This document shows, piece by piece, positions 41,123 to 54,948 of a stretch of DNA of 64,000 nt. The stretch lies in assembly GCF_006345805.1 (NCBI RefSeq), contig NC_043014.1, forward strand, positions 30,132,001 through 30,196,000, given 5' to 3'. This stretch comes from Octopus sinensis (taxonomy: Eukaryota). The notes beneath the pieces were generated by a model that was not told the origin of the DNA, made no database searches, and saw only the letters and a list, made by a program, of their open reading frames with translations. Position 1 is the first letter of the stretch; the number at the start of each line of letters is the position of its first letter. The position numbers and the translations under genes were made by a program.

Positions 41123-41562
41123 AATAATAGAGGGAGTGGAGGTGGGGTGATGGTAGTCGTGGAAGTCATACAGAGGTGTTTAACCCAAGGTACATATTCA
41201 TGCAGCAGAGATCAAATGTATGTCCCTATCACACCTTTTATTGAAGCATAGTACACATAGGACAATAATATTGATTTCAAACACCACAAAGCATTGTTTC
41301 TGATGCTCAAACGATTCTGCAGCCTTTGTGGTTTGTGATTTAGGCACAAGACTAGAAATTTTAAAGGGGATGAGGTTAGTAAGTTACATTGACTCCAAAT
41401 TTCTAATACTTTAGTCTGTCAGCCCTGAAAAGATAAAAAGCAATGTTCACTAGAACAAGATTTGAACTCAGAATGTAAAGAGGAAGAAGAAATACCATAA
41501 GGGCTGACCAAAACCATGTGAGTGGATTTGGTAGATGGAAAAAGCCCATTGTATATATATTT

Positions 41563-41790
41563 CTTTACTGCCCACAAGGGGCTAAACATAGAGGGGACAA
41601 ACAAGGACAGACAAAGGGAGTAAGTCGATTATATCGACCCCAGTGCGAAACTGGTACTTTTTTTATCGACCCTGAAAGGATGAAAGGTAAAGTCAACCTC
41701 GGCGGAATTTGATCTCAGAACGTAACGACAGACGAAATACCTCTAAGCATTTCGCCGGGGCGCTAACGTTTCTGCCGGCTCGCCGCCTAT
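41563..41790 (-). mobile_element. tRNA-derived SINE family B
   Basis: Head rc AGGCGGCGAGCCGGCAGAAACGTTAGC; also at 30043-30270, 51440-51667 and degraded copies at 41900-43400. Confidence 0.82.
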
Positions 41791-42129
41791 TGTATATATA
41801 TTGTGTGTGTGTGTGTGTGTGTGTGCACGTGTGTATGTGTGTGTGTATGCATTTGTGTGTCTGTGTTCGTCCCCACCCCTCATCATTATCATTAATAAGG
41901 CAGTGAGCTTGCAGAAACATTAGCACATTGGGTAAAACGCTTAGCAGCATTTTGTCCATCCTTACATTCTGAATTCAAATTTCACTGAGGTTGACTTTGC
42001 CTTTCATCCTTTCGAGGTCAATGAAATACATACCAGTTACACACTGGTATTGCTGTAATCAACTAGCCCCCTCCCCCAAAATTTCAGTCCTTGTGCCTTT
42101 AGTAGAAAGGATTTTGAACACTAAAGTTA

Positions 42130-42296
42130 ATTGGCTGTGTGGTAAGTAGCTTGCTAATCAACCACATGGTTCCGGGTTCAGTCCCACAGCGTGGCATCTT
42201 GGGCAAGTGTCTTCTGCTATAGCCACGGGCCGACCAATGCCTTGTGAGTGGATTTGGTAGATGGAAACTGAAAGAAGCCTGTCGTATATATGTATG

Positions 42297-42327
<31 letters not shown>

Positions 42328-42530
42328 TTGTGTGTCTGTGTTTGTCCCCCTAGCATTGCTTGACAACTGATGCTGGTGTGTTTACGTCCCCATCACTTAG
42401 TGGTTCGGCAAAAGACACCGATAGAATAAGTACTGGGCTTACAAAGAATAAGTCCCGGGGTCGATTTGCTCGACTAAAGGCGGTGCTCCAGCATGGCCGC
42501 AGTCAAATGACTGAAACAAGTAAAAGAGTA
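42130..42530 (+). mobile_element. SINE family A, near full length
   Basis: Matches the other family A copies. Confidence 0.86.
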
Positions 42531-42598
42531 ATTGACTCATCCCCTTCCCAAAAATTGCTGCCCTTGTGGCAAAATTTTAAACCATTATTATTATCATA

Positions 42599-42650
<52 letters not shown>

Positions 42651-43978
42651 GGCAGTAAGCTAGCAGAAGCATTAGTACATTGGACGAACTGCTTAGCAGC
42701 ATTTCTTCTGTTTCTTTACATTCTGAGTTCAAATGCCACCAAAGTTGGCTTTAGGTTGATAAAATATAAAATATAAGTTCCAATTGCTGGCCTTGTGCCA
42801 AAATCTGAACCATCATTATTATTATTAATGCAGCAAAATGGCAAAACTGTTAGATCATTTGGAAAAACTGCTTTGTAGTATTTCGTCTGGCTCCTTACAT
42901 TCTGAGTTCAAATCCTGCTGGGGTGAACTATACCTTTCATCGTTTAGATAAAATAAAGCACCGATCAAATGCTAGGGCTGATGTAATCAACTAGCTCCCT
43001 CCCAAAAAATTTCAGGCCTTGTGTCTATAGTGGAAATAATGATTATTATTATTACTTAACAGCATTTTGTCTGGCTCTTCAAATTCTGCCAAGGTTGACT
43101 TTGCCTTTCTTCCTTTCAGGGTTGATAAAATAAGTGCAAGTTGAGCACTTGGGGGGGGGGTTGATGTAATCAACTTACTCTAACCCCCACCTAAAATTGC
43201 TAGCCTTGAACCAAAATTTGAAACATCATTATTAGGGTGGTGAGCCAGAAGAATTGATAGAAAATCAGAATAAATGTTTTATGGTATTGTTCTGATTCCT
43301 TATATTCCAATTTCAAATCTTGCTATAGTCAACTTTGTCTTCATCCTTTCAGAATTGATAAAATAAAGTATCAGTCACCAGTCAAGTATGGGCGTCAATG
43401 ATATTGAGTAAACCCATCCCGTCAAAACTGCTGCCCTTGTACCTAAATCAGAAACCAGCAGCAAACTGGCAGAATTGTTAGTACACCACACAAAATGCTT
43501 AGTGGGACTGACCCTTAACCGTTTCCAAGTAAGGCAATATTTCTCCTTGACTAGACATGTTTTCATGGAAAATTGGAAATGAAGGGCACCATACAACTAT
43601 CACACAATTTTACAAGGAGACAAAATTACACACTCACATGCACACACATGCACAAATACCATGATGATATTTTGTCTCATTGATTGATGAGGAAAGCTCA
43701 GCTGTGAATATTCTATGTATTGTGTCTTTGTCTATTTTCCCCGTCTGTTAAGTTTTCATCTAGCTTCCTATTTGCTCTGCTTTCATCTAACTTTTTCTCC
43801 TTGTAGTGTTCTGTCTGTTCAACCCTTGATATGTGCGGCAAGAAGCTTGCTTCCCAACCGCATGGTCCTGGGTTCAGTCCCACTGTATGATACCTTGGGT
43901 AAGTGTCTTCAACTATAGCCTCGGGCCAACCAAAACCATGTGCATGGATTTGGTTAAAGGAAACTGAAAGAAACCTGT

Positions 43979-44016
<38 letters not shown>

Positions 44017-44138
44017 TGTTCCCCACCACTGTTTGACAACCGATACTAAAGTATTGGGGTCAATTCATTCAACTAAAAATTCTTCAAGGCGATGCCCCAA
44101 CATGGCCACAGTCTGACTGGAACAAGTAAAAGAGTAAA

Positions 44139-44193
<55 letters not shown>

Positions 44194-44580
44194 CAAAATT
44201 AGAGAATCGAATAGATAAAATCCAGGCTACATATGTTTCATAGCTAGCAGAACCTCAGGAGTAGTAATTATCCAAACAAGGGGTAATCCACTAGCTACTC
44301 ATTGGGCCAAAGATAGCTTAATCAAAAGAAGTTAGCACATTGGGTAAAACGCTATATGTTAACTTACAAAGATAGCAAACCCTGCTGCTAACCATAAGCT
44401 ATAAGACATTTTTTTCAGCTTATCAAACTTCAATTAAGGAAAAATTTACAACCTTCTACGTCAATAAAGCACTATAGTTCCTGAAAGTTGTTTTTTAGAC
44501 GTTCTACAGACTGCTAGAAGTGTACTGCCTTCTTACACCTTGATCCTTGGATCTTACCTTTACACATACTCCCACTCTCA

Positions 44581-44622
<42 letters not shown>

Positions 44623-45450
44623 TCCCACTCACACACACGCAAACACACACATACACATAAACACACACAATGCGCATATACATATGATGGATCTCTTTCA
44701 GTTTCTGTTGATCAGATCCTCTCACAAGACTTTGGTCAACCTAGGGTTATAGTAGAAGATGCTTGGCCAATGTGCCATACAATGGGACAGAATCCAAGAA
44801 AGTTTCTCAACCACAGAGCCACTCCTGGATAAACACTACCATTCTTTCCCCCCACCCTATAGACTCTGCTGACTCATAAAATGAGGCACATCCACATCCA
44901 TTCTTTGCCTTCATTTTCAAACAGTATGACATGCCCAACTTGTGCCTTTTATTTAATAAAGGAATGGGAGAGAAAATTTCATATTAAATGATTATGCAAA
45001 AATGCTCTCCTCATTAGAAAACAATAGTTAAGTTAATGTCAACATACTTAAAACAAGGAGCATCTAAAAGGTAATTAGAAGTATTTAAGTGGTGAGGAAA
45101 TGTAGATAACATCCTACAGTAATTTATCCTTTAAACAATTCCAATTCTCCATGTCACTTGTATATATCCTCATAAATCTACTTCTTAATTCTCCTTTCAC
45201 TATTGTGGCAAGTACAATGAAGTTTATGATGACCTCACTGATGGGGCCGTTATAAGACCAATACTTGCTGACATAATTACAGAAATATGTGTAATTATGT
45301 GGTAAGAAGCTTGCTTCCCAACCACATGGTTCCGAGTTCAGTTCCACTGTGTGGCACCTTGGGCAAGTGTCTTCTACTATAGCCTCAGGCCAACCGAAAT
45401 CTTGTGAGTGGATTTGGTAGATGGAAACTGAAAGAAGCCTGTCGTATATT

Positions 45451-46468
45451 TCTATACATATAAAACTGAGAATGTGTGTCTGTCTGTCTGTGTGTTTCCC
45501 TAAAACTTGAGAACTACACAACCAATTTCATGCAAATTTTACACATGCTTTACTTAGGGTCCGGGGAGTGTCATTGGTAATTTTTAACTTTTTGCCTAGG
45601 GCAAGCCCACAGCAATATCATATCTTCTCCACTATTTCAGTATTACGTGTTAAAAGTGAAACAAAAACATTTCTCTATTTTAAGTCAGATACTTTCACTT
45701 TAACAATAAAAATAATAATAAAAATTGAATTATATGTAGTAAGTAATAATTAAAATCAAACTAAAGTATAATATAATCGTAACATAACAAAAGTAAAAAT
45801 AGAAATTGGTATAAAATTGCATCAATGACTTGAACTTGAATAAATGATTTCACATGAATGGGAATAAATTAAAAATAAAATTAGCGTGCAGAAATGGAAT
45901 AGTCCAGATGGATAATAAAAAATTAAATTAAAGAAAAGACTATTGTCTATAAAGTATACAATGTAGAGAAAAAAGATTTGAACACCTGGAGGAAAGCACC
46001 ATCGAAAAGTGTCTTGGTGTAACTATGAAAGATATCTAACCAGAGGCGGTAAATTCGCCACAACAGAAGCAAGATTCGAGTCAAAGGAGTGTGCAAGGGA
46101 GTACTTGACTCGAACTTGCAAAGTGGAAATATTTTATTTTTACCTTTATATCTGGGACGTAGGACGTGCCGGATAAAAACTAAAAATCCCCCCCCCCCAA
46201 GTTGAGGTAGGCTGGATTGTAGCCACACTTCTATACAAGAGGGAGGACAAGATACAATTGATCGAAATTGCAAGAGACGAGCTTACAATTCCAGTGTGTT
46301 ATATATTTTGAGTATTGTTATCACTATCGATATCAAGATATAACTTTGTATTTTGTATTTTATGTGTAGATGTATATATATAGATGTACATGTAATATGT
46401 ACACATATATATACACATATATACATGCACTAGCACTATGACCCGGCAACGACGGGTCATAATGCTAG
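45451..46468 (+). mobile_element. Non-autonomous Helitron-like element
   Basis: 5' TCTATACATATAAAA; 3' hairpin GACCCG-gcaacga-CGGGTC (46440-46458); CTAG at 46465-46468 followed by T. Confidence 0.75.
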
Positions 46469-46504
<36 letters not shown>

Positions 46505-46999
46505 ATATATATTATATATATATATATATATATACATACATATATATATACTATTAAAAGTCAAATTGAATCTTGCTTGCTTGCAATGTTACTCAGCCAA
46601 ACTGGTCCATAATGGGAAAATACTATGATTCAAGTTTACCCTGAAATTTTAATATAAACGGAATGAAACAAGTTTCACATAAATCAGTAAAGTAGTTTTT
46701 GAGATATTAGAGATTTGCAGGGTATAAATACCCAAAACAGAAAGAATATTTGGTCCAAATATGGTCAGTTTAAATGCCAAAGGCTTAAATGTTTAAACAT
46801 TAAAATAGAAGATTGTTGAGTTGTTTCATTGTTCTAGTTAGTTTATGGTTCATATGTAGCTGTTATCATTGTTGTTTAGCCCCAGTTAACCCAAACCAAC
46901 AATCAAAGGCTTTCCAGTCATGACCATTCCATCTTTTTCAAGGTGTGTTAGGCTATATTGTTTAACTCTTTAGCATTCAGATTACTCTCTTATATGCAA

Positions 47000-47636
47000 C
47001 TAGCAGTATCGCCCGGCGTTGCTCGGGTTTGTAAGGGAAATAACTATATAAGCATTTTTAGAGAGTTATAGCCAAAAAATAGCAAAAAATGAATTAAAAA
47101 TGGAAAAAATATGATGGTAAATTTTTTTAAAAATCGTTGACTCATCGTAGACATTTTTAGAGAGTTACTTCCCTTATATAATAGCGAAAAAATGCATTAA
47201 AATGGAAAAAAAACGATGGTAAATTTTTTTTTAAATCGTAGACTCATGTAGACGCTTTCTTAGCCATTTCTGTTTTGGTGTCTTCAAGCCATGAAGTCGT
47301 TGTTCTAAAAGAACACTGGTCTCCTTGACAACGCATTACGACGTTGATTTCCTTACACTCCCTTCCCCACAGGTGCAGGTGTGAGCGTGGACGCCAACTC
47401 CGCCGCCATCGACACACGAAAAATTATGCATTAAAATGGAATAAAAAATTATGTTAAATTATTTTTAAAATCGTAGACTCATCGTAGACGCACGCTAATA
47501 TTCAGACGGGCTCGATATGAATCACGACTATAAGCTACCCAAATTTGGTTAAACTGCACCGCAAAATGTGGGAGTATTTAGGAATCTAAATCGAAGGGGA
47601 CAGACACTCACACAACTACAGTTTTATATATAGAGA
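47000..47636 (-). mobile_element. Non-autonomous Helitron-like element
   Basis: Exact A|TC...CTAG|T termini on the minus strand; subterminal hairpin cccgagcaacgccggg. Confidence 0.8.
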
Positions 47637-47639
47637 TAT

Positions 47640-47960
47640 ACATAGCGCAGTAGTGGTGAGATGTGACAGCAAAGAAAAGCATACATTCACTCTCTGCATG
47701 CAATTAGACTCGGAAAGTTCGTGAGGAACCCATTGACCCAATTTGCTGACTTTTCCGATAGCACACAGGTCTCAATGAATGGTTGACTGACCAAATCCAA
47801 GCTTCTCTGCTAGTTCCTCAACAGTTACGATGAGATTTTGTTCCACCAGGGTTTTCAGGATGTCCTTGTCGAGTTCTACAGATCTTTCAGGATGAGGCTC
47901 GTCTTCTAGGCTGTAGTTTATGGCTCGGGATTTCTGGAACCACCATTGACACTGCCTTAC
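47640..47960 (-). mobile_element. Mariner N-terminal fragment
   Basis: SLEDEPHPERSVELD.D.LK.LVEQN...TVEELAEKLGFGQSTIH HTH region. Confidence 0.75.
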
Positions 47961-48320
47961 ACTTACTGTCCAATCCCCATATACTGCATTAATATTTCTT
48001 GTACTTTGCACACATTTATATTCTGTTATTCTTTTATATGTTTCAGCCTTGAGGTTGTGGCCATGCTGGATCATGTGTGTGTGTGTGTGTGTGTCTATCT
48101 GTCTGTCTGTCTGTATGTATATATGTATATGTATGTGTGTGAACAATAATATTTTCAACAGATGTGTTGCAAATGTATCTGATTGTTCTCAAGCTTCAAT
48201 ACTGTGTGTGTGTGTATGTGTGTGTGTATGTATGTATGTATATGTATGTATGTATGTATATGTATGTATGTATGTATGTGTGTATGTATGTATGTGTGTG
48301 TGTGTGTATGTGTGTGTGTA

Positions 48321-48353
<33 letters not shown>

Positions 48354-48377
48354 ATGTATGAGTGTATGTTTACTTTA

Positions 48378-48844
48378 TTACTAACACAAGCCACTACGGT
48401 TATTTAATGTAAAGTCTTCGTCAAATCACTCTCTCTCTCGCTATTTACTCTCTTCCAAGAACATTTTCACTCACTCTTAGCTCTTAGCTTCCCATACATT
48501 TTACTCATGTATCTATCAGCGTCATAGACAGAATACTTTCAGTTTAGTCTTCCTCAAATCACTCTGTCGCTATTTACTTTCATTTTATTTGTTGCACACT
48601 GTGTGTGTGCGTTTGCGTGTGGTGTAAACCAGACTAAGAAAAGCATTTGACACACACACCAGAATGTGAGTTTTCTGTAAATTTTGCTTAATTGGAGTTT
48701 AAATTTAAAAAACTGGACCTGGCATGACGCGATGCATTGTACTCTTAAAAATGCTAGGTAAATTGTAATTGAAGAAATCCTATATTGTAGATTTCTATAA
48801 CTCCCAAAGGGAGGCAGATAAAATCTGCCTTTTATAATAAGAGA
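48378..48844 (-). mobile_element. Probable third Helitron-like element
   Basis: 5' A|TCTCTTATTATAAAA on the minus strand; 3' end degraded. Confidence 0.45.
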
Positions 48845-49595
48845 TATTTATTCACATTGTTTTGAATTAATCATGCATTATCTCATAGCATTGGGATTTT
48901 GATGGTGCTCTGTGCCAGTACCAAGTAAAAAGCACTCATGCCAGTGCCCTGTAAAAAGCACCTGTGTTGGCACCATGTAATAGCATCCAACACACTCTGG
49001 AAAGTGGTTGATATTAAGAAGAGTATCCAGCTGTAGAGACCAAGTCAAATCAGACTGGAACCTATTGCAGCTTTCCAGCTTGCCAGCTCTGGTCAAACTG
49101 TCCAACTCATACCAGCATGGAAAACAGACATTGAAGGATGATGATGATGATGATGATATGATTGCTTATTTTTAGAATGGGTAGGTGTGACGGGCCAGAT
49201 TTGGTCAGCTTGAACATAGAACAGGAAGAATATATGGCCAGTTTAAATGTTAAAGTATAAATGTGTCCTAGTTTCATTATAAGACCATGGGATGCAATTT
49301 GAAGGAAATTTGGTTTAGGAGTAACCTACAGGTCCAGCTCTTTGAGTGTAAGCCTCCATCAATCAGAAGGCTTAATATTTGACCAATTCTTACTCTACTG
49401 AACTTCTAGAATCACCTCCACACACCCATTTTCTCTGAATATCATTCATATCCATTTCAACACTCTGTAAGGGCCTTCAAGGATCACAGGCACCGATGCT
49501 CTTTTTCTCAGTACCAGAGAAGTTTACAGTGTGCATTTAGTTTTAGTGAGTATTGTTTTGAAGAGTATAGGTTTGTGATGAAAGACTTAGCATGT

Positions 49596-49996
49596 AGGTG
49601 TAGGAGTGGCTGTTTGGTAAGTAGCTTGCTAACCAACCAATGGTTCCGGGTTCAGTCCCACTGCGTGGCATCTTGGGCAAGTGTCTTCTACTATAGCCCT
49701 GGGCCGACCAATGCCTTGTGAGTGGATTTGGTAGACGGAAACTGAAAGAAGCCTGTCGTATATATGTATATATATATGTGTGTGTGTGTGTATTTGTGTG
49801 TCTGTGTTTGTCCCCCTAGCATTGCTTGACAACCGATGCTGGTGTGTTTACGTCCCTGTCACTTAGCGGTTCGGCAAAAGAGACTGATAGAATAAGTACT
49901 GGGCTTACAAAGAATAAGTCTCGGGGTTGATTTGCTCGACTAAAGACGGTGCTCCAGCATGGCCGCAGTCAAATGACTGAAACAAGTAAAAGAGTA
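49596..49996 (+). mobile_element. SINE family A, young
   Basis: Full head, centre and tail. Confidence 0.9.
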
Positions 49997-50323
49997 GAGA
50001 GAGAGAGAGAGTATGTCACACTGAACAGAAGTCACTCTCCATTGTGTATGTGATTGTATTACAAGATGTTTTGACAGGTAAATATGGTGTGTGGGGTGGG
50101 TGGGCTGCGTGTGGGGGTGGGGGTGGATGTGTAAGTGTATTAAACTGCATTAAATATTTACATTTGCTGAAGAAGGAACAAATAAATAAGTTGTAAATGT
50201 TAAAATGAATGTATACACGTGCACATATGCTTGTATGTGTGTGTATGTGTGTGTGTGTGTAGGCATATAAGAAATGAAGTGCATGTATATGAATGTATTT
50301 ATTTATATGCATTTGAATGTCAT

Positions 50324-50372
<49 letters not shown>

Positions 50373-50495
50373 ATGTGTGTGAGGTATCTTCTTTGTCTGC
50401 TTGTGTCACTCTGTCCTAATCACTGTGTATGTGTGTTTGTGTGTTCATATGAATATCAGTGTGAGACTATGTGAGTGTGAATCTGAAAGTGCATA

Positions 50496-50905
50496 TACTC
50501 TTTTACTCTTTTACTTGTTTCAGTCATTTGACTGCAGCCATGCTGGAGCACCGCTTTTAGTCGAGCAACTCGACCCCGGGACTTATTCTTTGTAAGCCCA
50601 GTACTTTTTCTATCGTTCTCTTTTGCCGAACCGCTAAGTGACGGGGATGTAAACACACCAGCATCGGTTGTCAAGCAATGCTAGGGGGACAAACACAGAC
50701 AGACAAACACACACACACATACATATATATATATACATATATACGATGGGCTTCTTTCAGTTTCTGTCTACCAAATCCACTCACAAGGCTTTGGTCTGCC
50801 CGAGGCTATAGTAGAAGACACTTGCCCAAGGTGCCACGCAGTGGGACTGAACCCGGAATTATGTGGCTGGTAAGCAAGCTACTTACCACACAGCCACTCC
50901 TGCGC
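50496..50905 (-). mobile_element. SINE family A, young; inverted partner of 49596-49996
   Basis: Full head, centre and tail in opposite orientation. Confidence 0.9.
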
Positions 50906-53052
50906 TGTATGAGTGTTTACATATTTTGTTTTTTTATATATTTATCCATGAAGTAGTCAAGTTGAAAAGGTGGCCAGCTATGGCTGACTACTGATGGAAG
51001 AGAAGTTTGGAGTAGATAATTATTTCATCACACACACACACACACACGCATGTGCATGTGAACAAACACAAACGTACATACCACCAGGCTCACTTCTGCA
51101 TTAAAATATGAAGTTTTGTGAGAACAAACCCTACCATCACCAATCCAGTCAACTTTGTAATTTGTGCTATAACATTGGATGTAAAAGGTCAATGTTAACT
51201 TAATGCCAACATTTCAAACAAATTAATACTAAGGTTAAAGTTGAAAGTTTATATATATATATATAAAACCAGTTATGTTGAGTGCATGCGTAACAAAAAC
51301 AATAAGAAACAAGGTTATTGTGAAGAGAGGTGCATCTTGACGGCACTGCTTCGTTAAAGAATTTTGGTTTTGAAAGTCATCTATTGTTATTGCCCTGATT
51401 GAACAAACCTAGAACAGGAGCATTCATGACCATACCTATTTCTTTATTACCCACAAGGGACTAAACACAGAGGGGACAAACAAGGACAGACATAGGTATC
51501 AAGTCGATTACATCGACCCTAGTGTGTAACTGGTACTTAATTTATCGACCCCGAAAGGATGAAAGGCAAAGTCGACCTCAGCGGAATTTGAACTCACAAC
51601 GTAACGCAGACGAAATACCGCTAAGCATTTCGCCCGGCGTGCTAACGTTTCTGCCAGCTCGCCGCCTTTCATGACCATACCATTTTTGTTTCCAGCAGCG
51701 GTAGTGAACCTTGGATTACATTATGCAATGTGTCATTTTTGAAAGAGGTAGGGTGCTGTTTGATTGTGACTTGCTTATTATTTCTAGCATGTTGAGCAAC
51801 CCTACATGACATATGTAGAGGTTTCCTGTTATTAGGGTTTATGTATGTAGAGGCACATGGCTTAGTTGTTAGGGTGTTGGACTCATGATTGTAAGATTGT
51901 GGTTTTGATTCCTGGCTGGGAGATGTGTTGTTGCTCCAGTCCACTCAGCTGACAAAAATGAGTAATCCTGCAACGGATTATCATCCTATCCAGGGGGACT
52001 ATATATACCACAAAATCCAGGAAACCAGTGCTATGAATCTATATGACTCGAGAAGGAGTCATTTATACTTTATTTTTTAAGGTTTATGTATGTTACAAGT
52101 CAATAAGGGATCCTCTACATGGTCATTTGACTTGCCAGGAAGAGCAGCCAATTTTTCCACAACCCACACCTTACTATTTTTAAAGAAAGTGTAGGACACA
52201 AGACAAGGTGGTCATAACTGGAATGCTTTTGATCACAGATCTACTCAGTCATAACTGATGTTGTGGTATTTTAGGTGTGAAATCTGAATTAATCTGCAGA
52301 TTCTAATAATAAACCTGCTCAAGGACTGAGATAATTATTACATTCACAAGCAATTGGTGTTGTGTCGCCCTTTTGTTACTGATAAAGCACAAACGTGTAT
52401 ACACACATATACATACCTACATACACACACACACACACACAAACATACACACACTCATAAGTGATCACACACACACACACACACACATACACTCTTCCAC
52501 ATGCACATACATATACACACATATATAGACACATTCATAAACATATACATACATATACATGCACACGCATACACATTCGAATTAGCACTTTTGTATAAGT
52601 AGCGGACTATAATACAGTAATTTCCCTTTGTATAACGGTCTTTTTTCATAGCGTTTTTCAGCTGGCCAGATAACCGAAGAGATGGTGTTGTGGATTTCCA
52701 CCTCGGCATCCGAAACTTGGCTACCGAATAATTGTCACATATTATTTTACAGATAAATTTCCTCTATTTACATAATATTGAGGTCTCTTTCTTTCTTTTA
52801 TCTTACTAAGAAGTTATGTATCCCAATAATGTAAGGAGTAGCTTCACTAGCAAGGGGTTCCCGATGGTAGTCTAAGACAGCATGTTATAAATGTTACCCT
52901 CATTGTAAATGTAAGTAAAAATAGGGAGTTTTATAGAAAATGAAAGTATTGATGTCACCATGAAACAATGTGGTGGTTATAGAGTGGGGAGGCAGCTAAC
53001 AAGTAGGGTTATCCAAATAAACTTTATGATTCATATGTTTAATAAACATATA

Positions 53053-54948
53053 CCGTAAATTCCGGACTACAGAGCGCACCTGATTAAAAGCCGCATGCTC
53101 TACTTTTAGAAAGAAAATCAATTTTGTCCTTGTACAGGCCGCACCGGATTTTAAGCTGCAGGTGTCCAACGTTGTAATATGAGATATTTACACAGAAAGA
53201 TATTACACGTGAGGACTTTTTGACTTTTAATTTAGTCTGTATGATATCATAAACAAACACATTTTGCAAATGCTTTTTTTCAAACAGTGCCTGCTACCTT
53301 TAAATATATGTATGTATCAGTAACACACAAATTACGTTGCTTATGCTTTTTTACTGAACAGTACACGAACGACATTCCTCCTAACGACATTCCTCCTATA
53401 TATATACACACACTGCAGCTTACCAGGTCAAAAGTTATTGATCGCCTTCTTCATCTTCTTCCTGCACACTGAAACCATCGAAGTCCTCTTCTTCAGTGTC
53501 CGAATTGAACAAACTCAGGATCTCGTCACTCACTTCATTGTCGCTCTCACTTGAGCACACCCAGTACTCTTCATCATGCAGCAGTCCAGCTTTTCAAAAC
53601 CCGTTGGTGATGATGGATGTTTTGACACGGCTCCATGCATTTAGTTGAGTGAAAGATGCTCTTCGCATGCAGCCTGTTTTGGTGAAGGATTTCTCGCTGC
53701 TCGTCATCCAATCCTCCCACTCACGGCGCAGTGCCACTTTAAATGCCCGGTTCACGCTGATCTCCAGTGGCTGCAAATACTTAGTGGTGCCACCAGGAAT
53801 TACAGCTGGAATTGAGTTTGTACTCTTGGTGGCAGCTTTCACTGAATCTGTTATATGGGCCCTCATGCTGTCCATAAAGAGCAATGCTTTTTTTGTGTGA
53901 AAAAATCCCCCAGGTCATTTGGCATAGCACTCTCTGAGCCAATCCTTCATTAGGCTCTCCATCATCCAACCTTTCTTATTGACTTTCACCACAATTTCTT
54001 TTGGGAATTTTTCCTTTGGCATTGTCAGCTGCTTAAAAATCACCATCGCTGGAAGCTTTAGTCTGGATGCTGTGCACCCCAGAACACAGGTAAAATGCAT
54101 TCTCTCATGGCCACTTGTTTTCAGTGTGATGGATGAGTCACCTTTTTTATTAACAGTCCAAGTGAGTGGCAGGTCAAACGTCAAAGGTACTTCATCCATA
54201 TTTATGATATTTTCTGGCCCGATGGAATCCTTTGCTATCTTTGTTTGAGTGAATGTGCGAAAGTTAACAAGTTTTTCCTCATAGTCGGGAGGGAGCTGCT
54301 GACACAAAGTCATGCATGCCCTGACGGACAGGCCTCTTCTCATAAATCTAAAACACCATGATGGCCCACATCCAAAATCTTCGATTTTCATTTCAGTGAC
54401 GATTGTTTTAGCCTTCAGTCTGATCTGCACAGTGGAAATACTGCAGTTTCTTGCTCTCCATATGTTAACCCAGTCTTCAAGAAAGTTTTCAAGTTTGAGC
54501 CATCTGCTATAGTTACCTCTGAAAGCTTTCGTTGTTTTTTTGCACTGACTCAGTTCTTCCTGCTGGCATCTCCACTGTCTCACCCTCGATTCATTTATGC
54601 CAAGTTTACGTGCAGCAACTCGATTTCCTTCTTCAACCGCCAGATTGACCGGCTTCAACTTAAAAGCTGCATCATATGCTTTTCTTCAAGTGTTTTCCAT
54701 GTTAACGAGGGTGAATACAAATGACAGCTTTACAATACCGGTAATCGATTTGTGAAAGTGCTCTTGATTTATCGCACAATTTCATTGGACCTCTGTGACC
54801 TACTCATCAATTTGATTGGTCTACTGTTGTGAGGCAAAACGTTTTTTGCGGCATGACAAAATAAAACATGCATTAGCCGCACCATAGTATCAGCTACAAT
54901 GTTCAAAGTGTGGGAAAAAAGTAGCGGCTTATAGCCCAAAATTTACGG
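53053..54948 (-). mobile_element. Full-length pogo-superfamily (Passer/POGK-like) DNA transposon, inactivated
   Basis: TA TSD at 53051-53052 and 54949-54950; TIR begins CCGTAAATT at both ends. Transposase starts at ATG 54700 (MENT*RKAYDAAFKLK...GNRVAARKLGINES, Brinker-type HTH) and includes a CENP-B-like HTH, NMDE, MDS and QPLE; in-frame stops at codon 5 and at 53915-53917. Confidence 0.93.
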
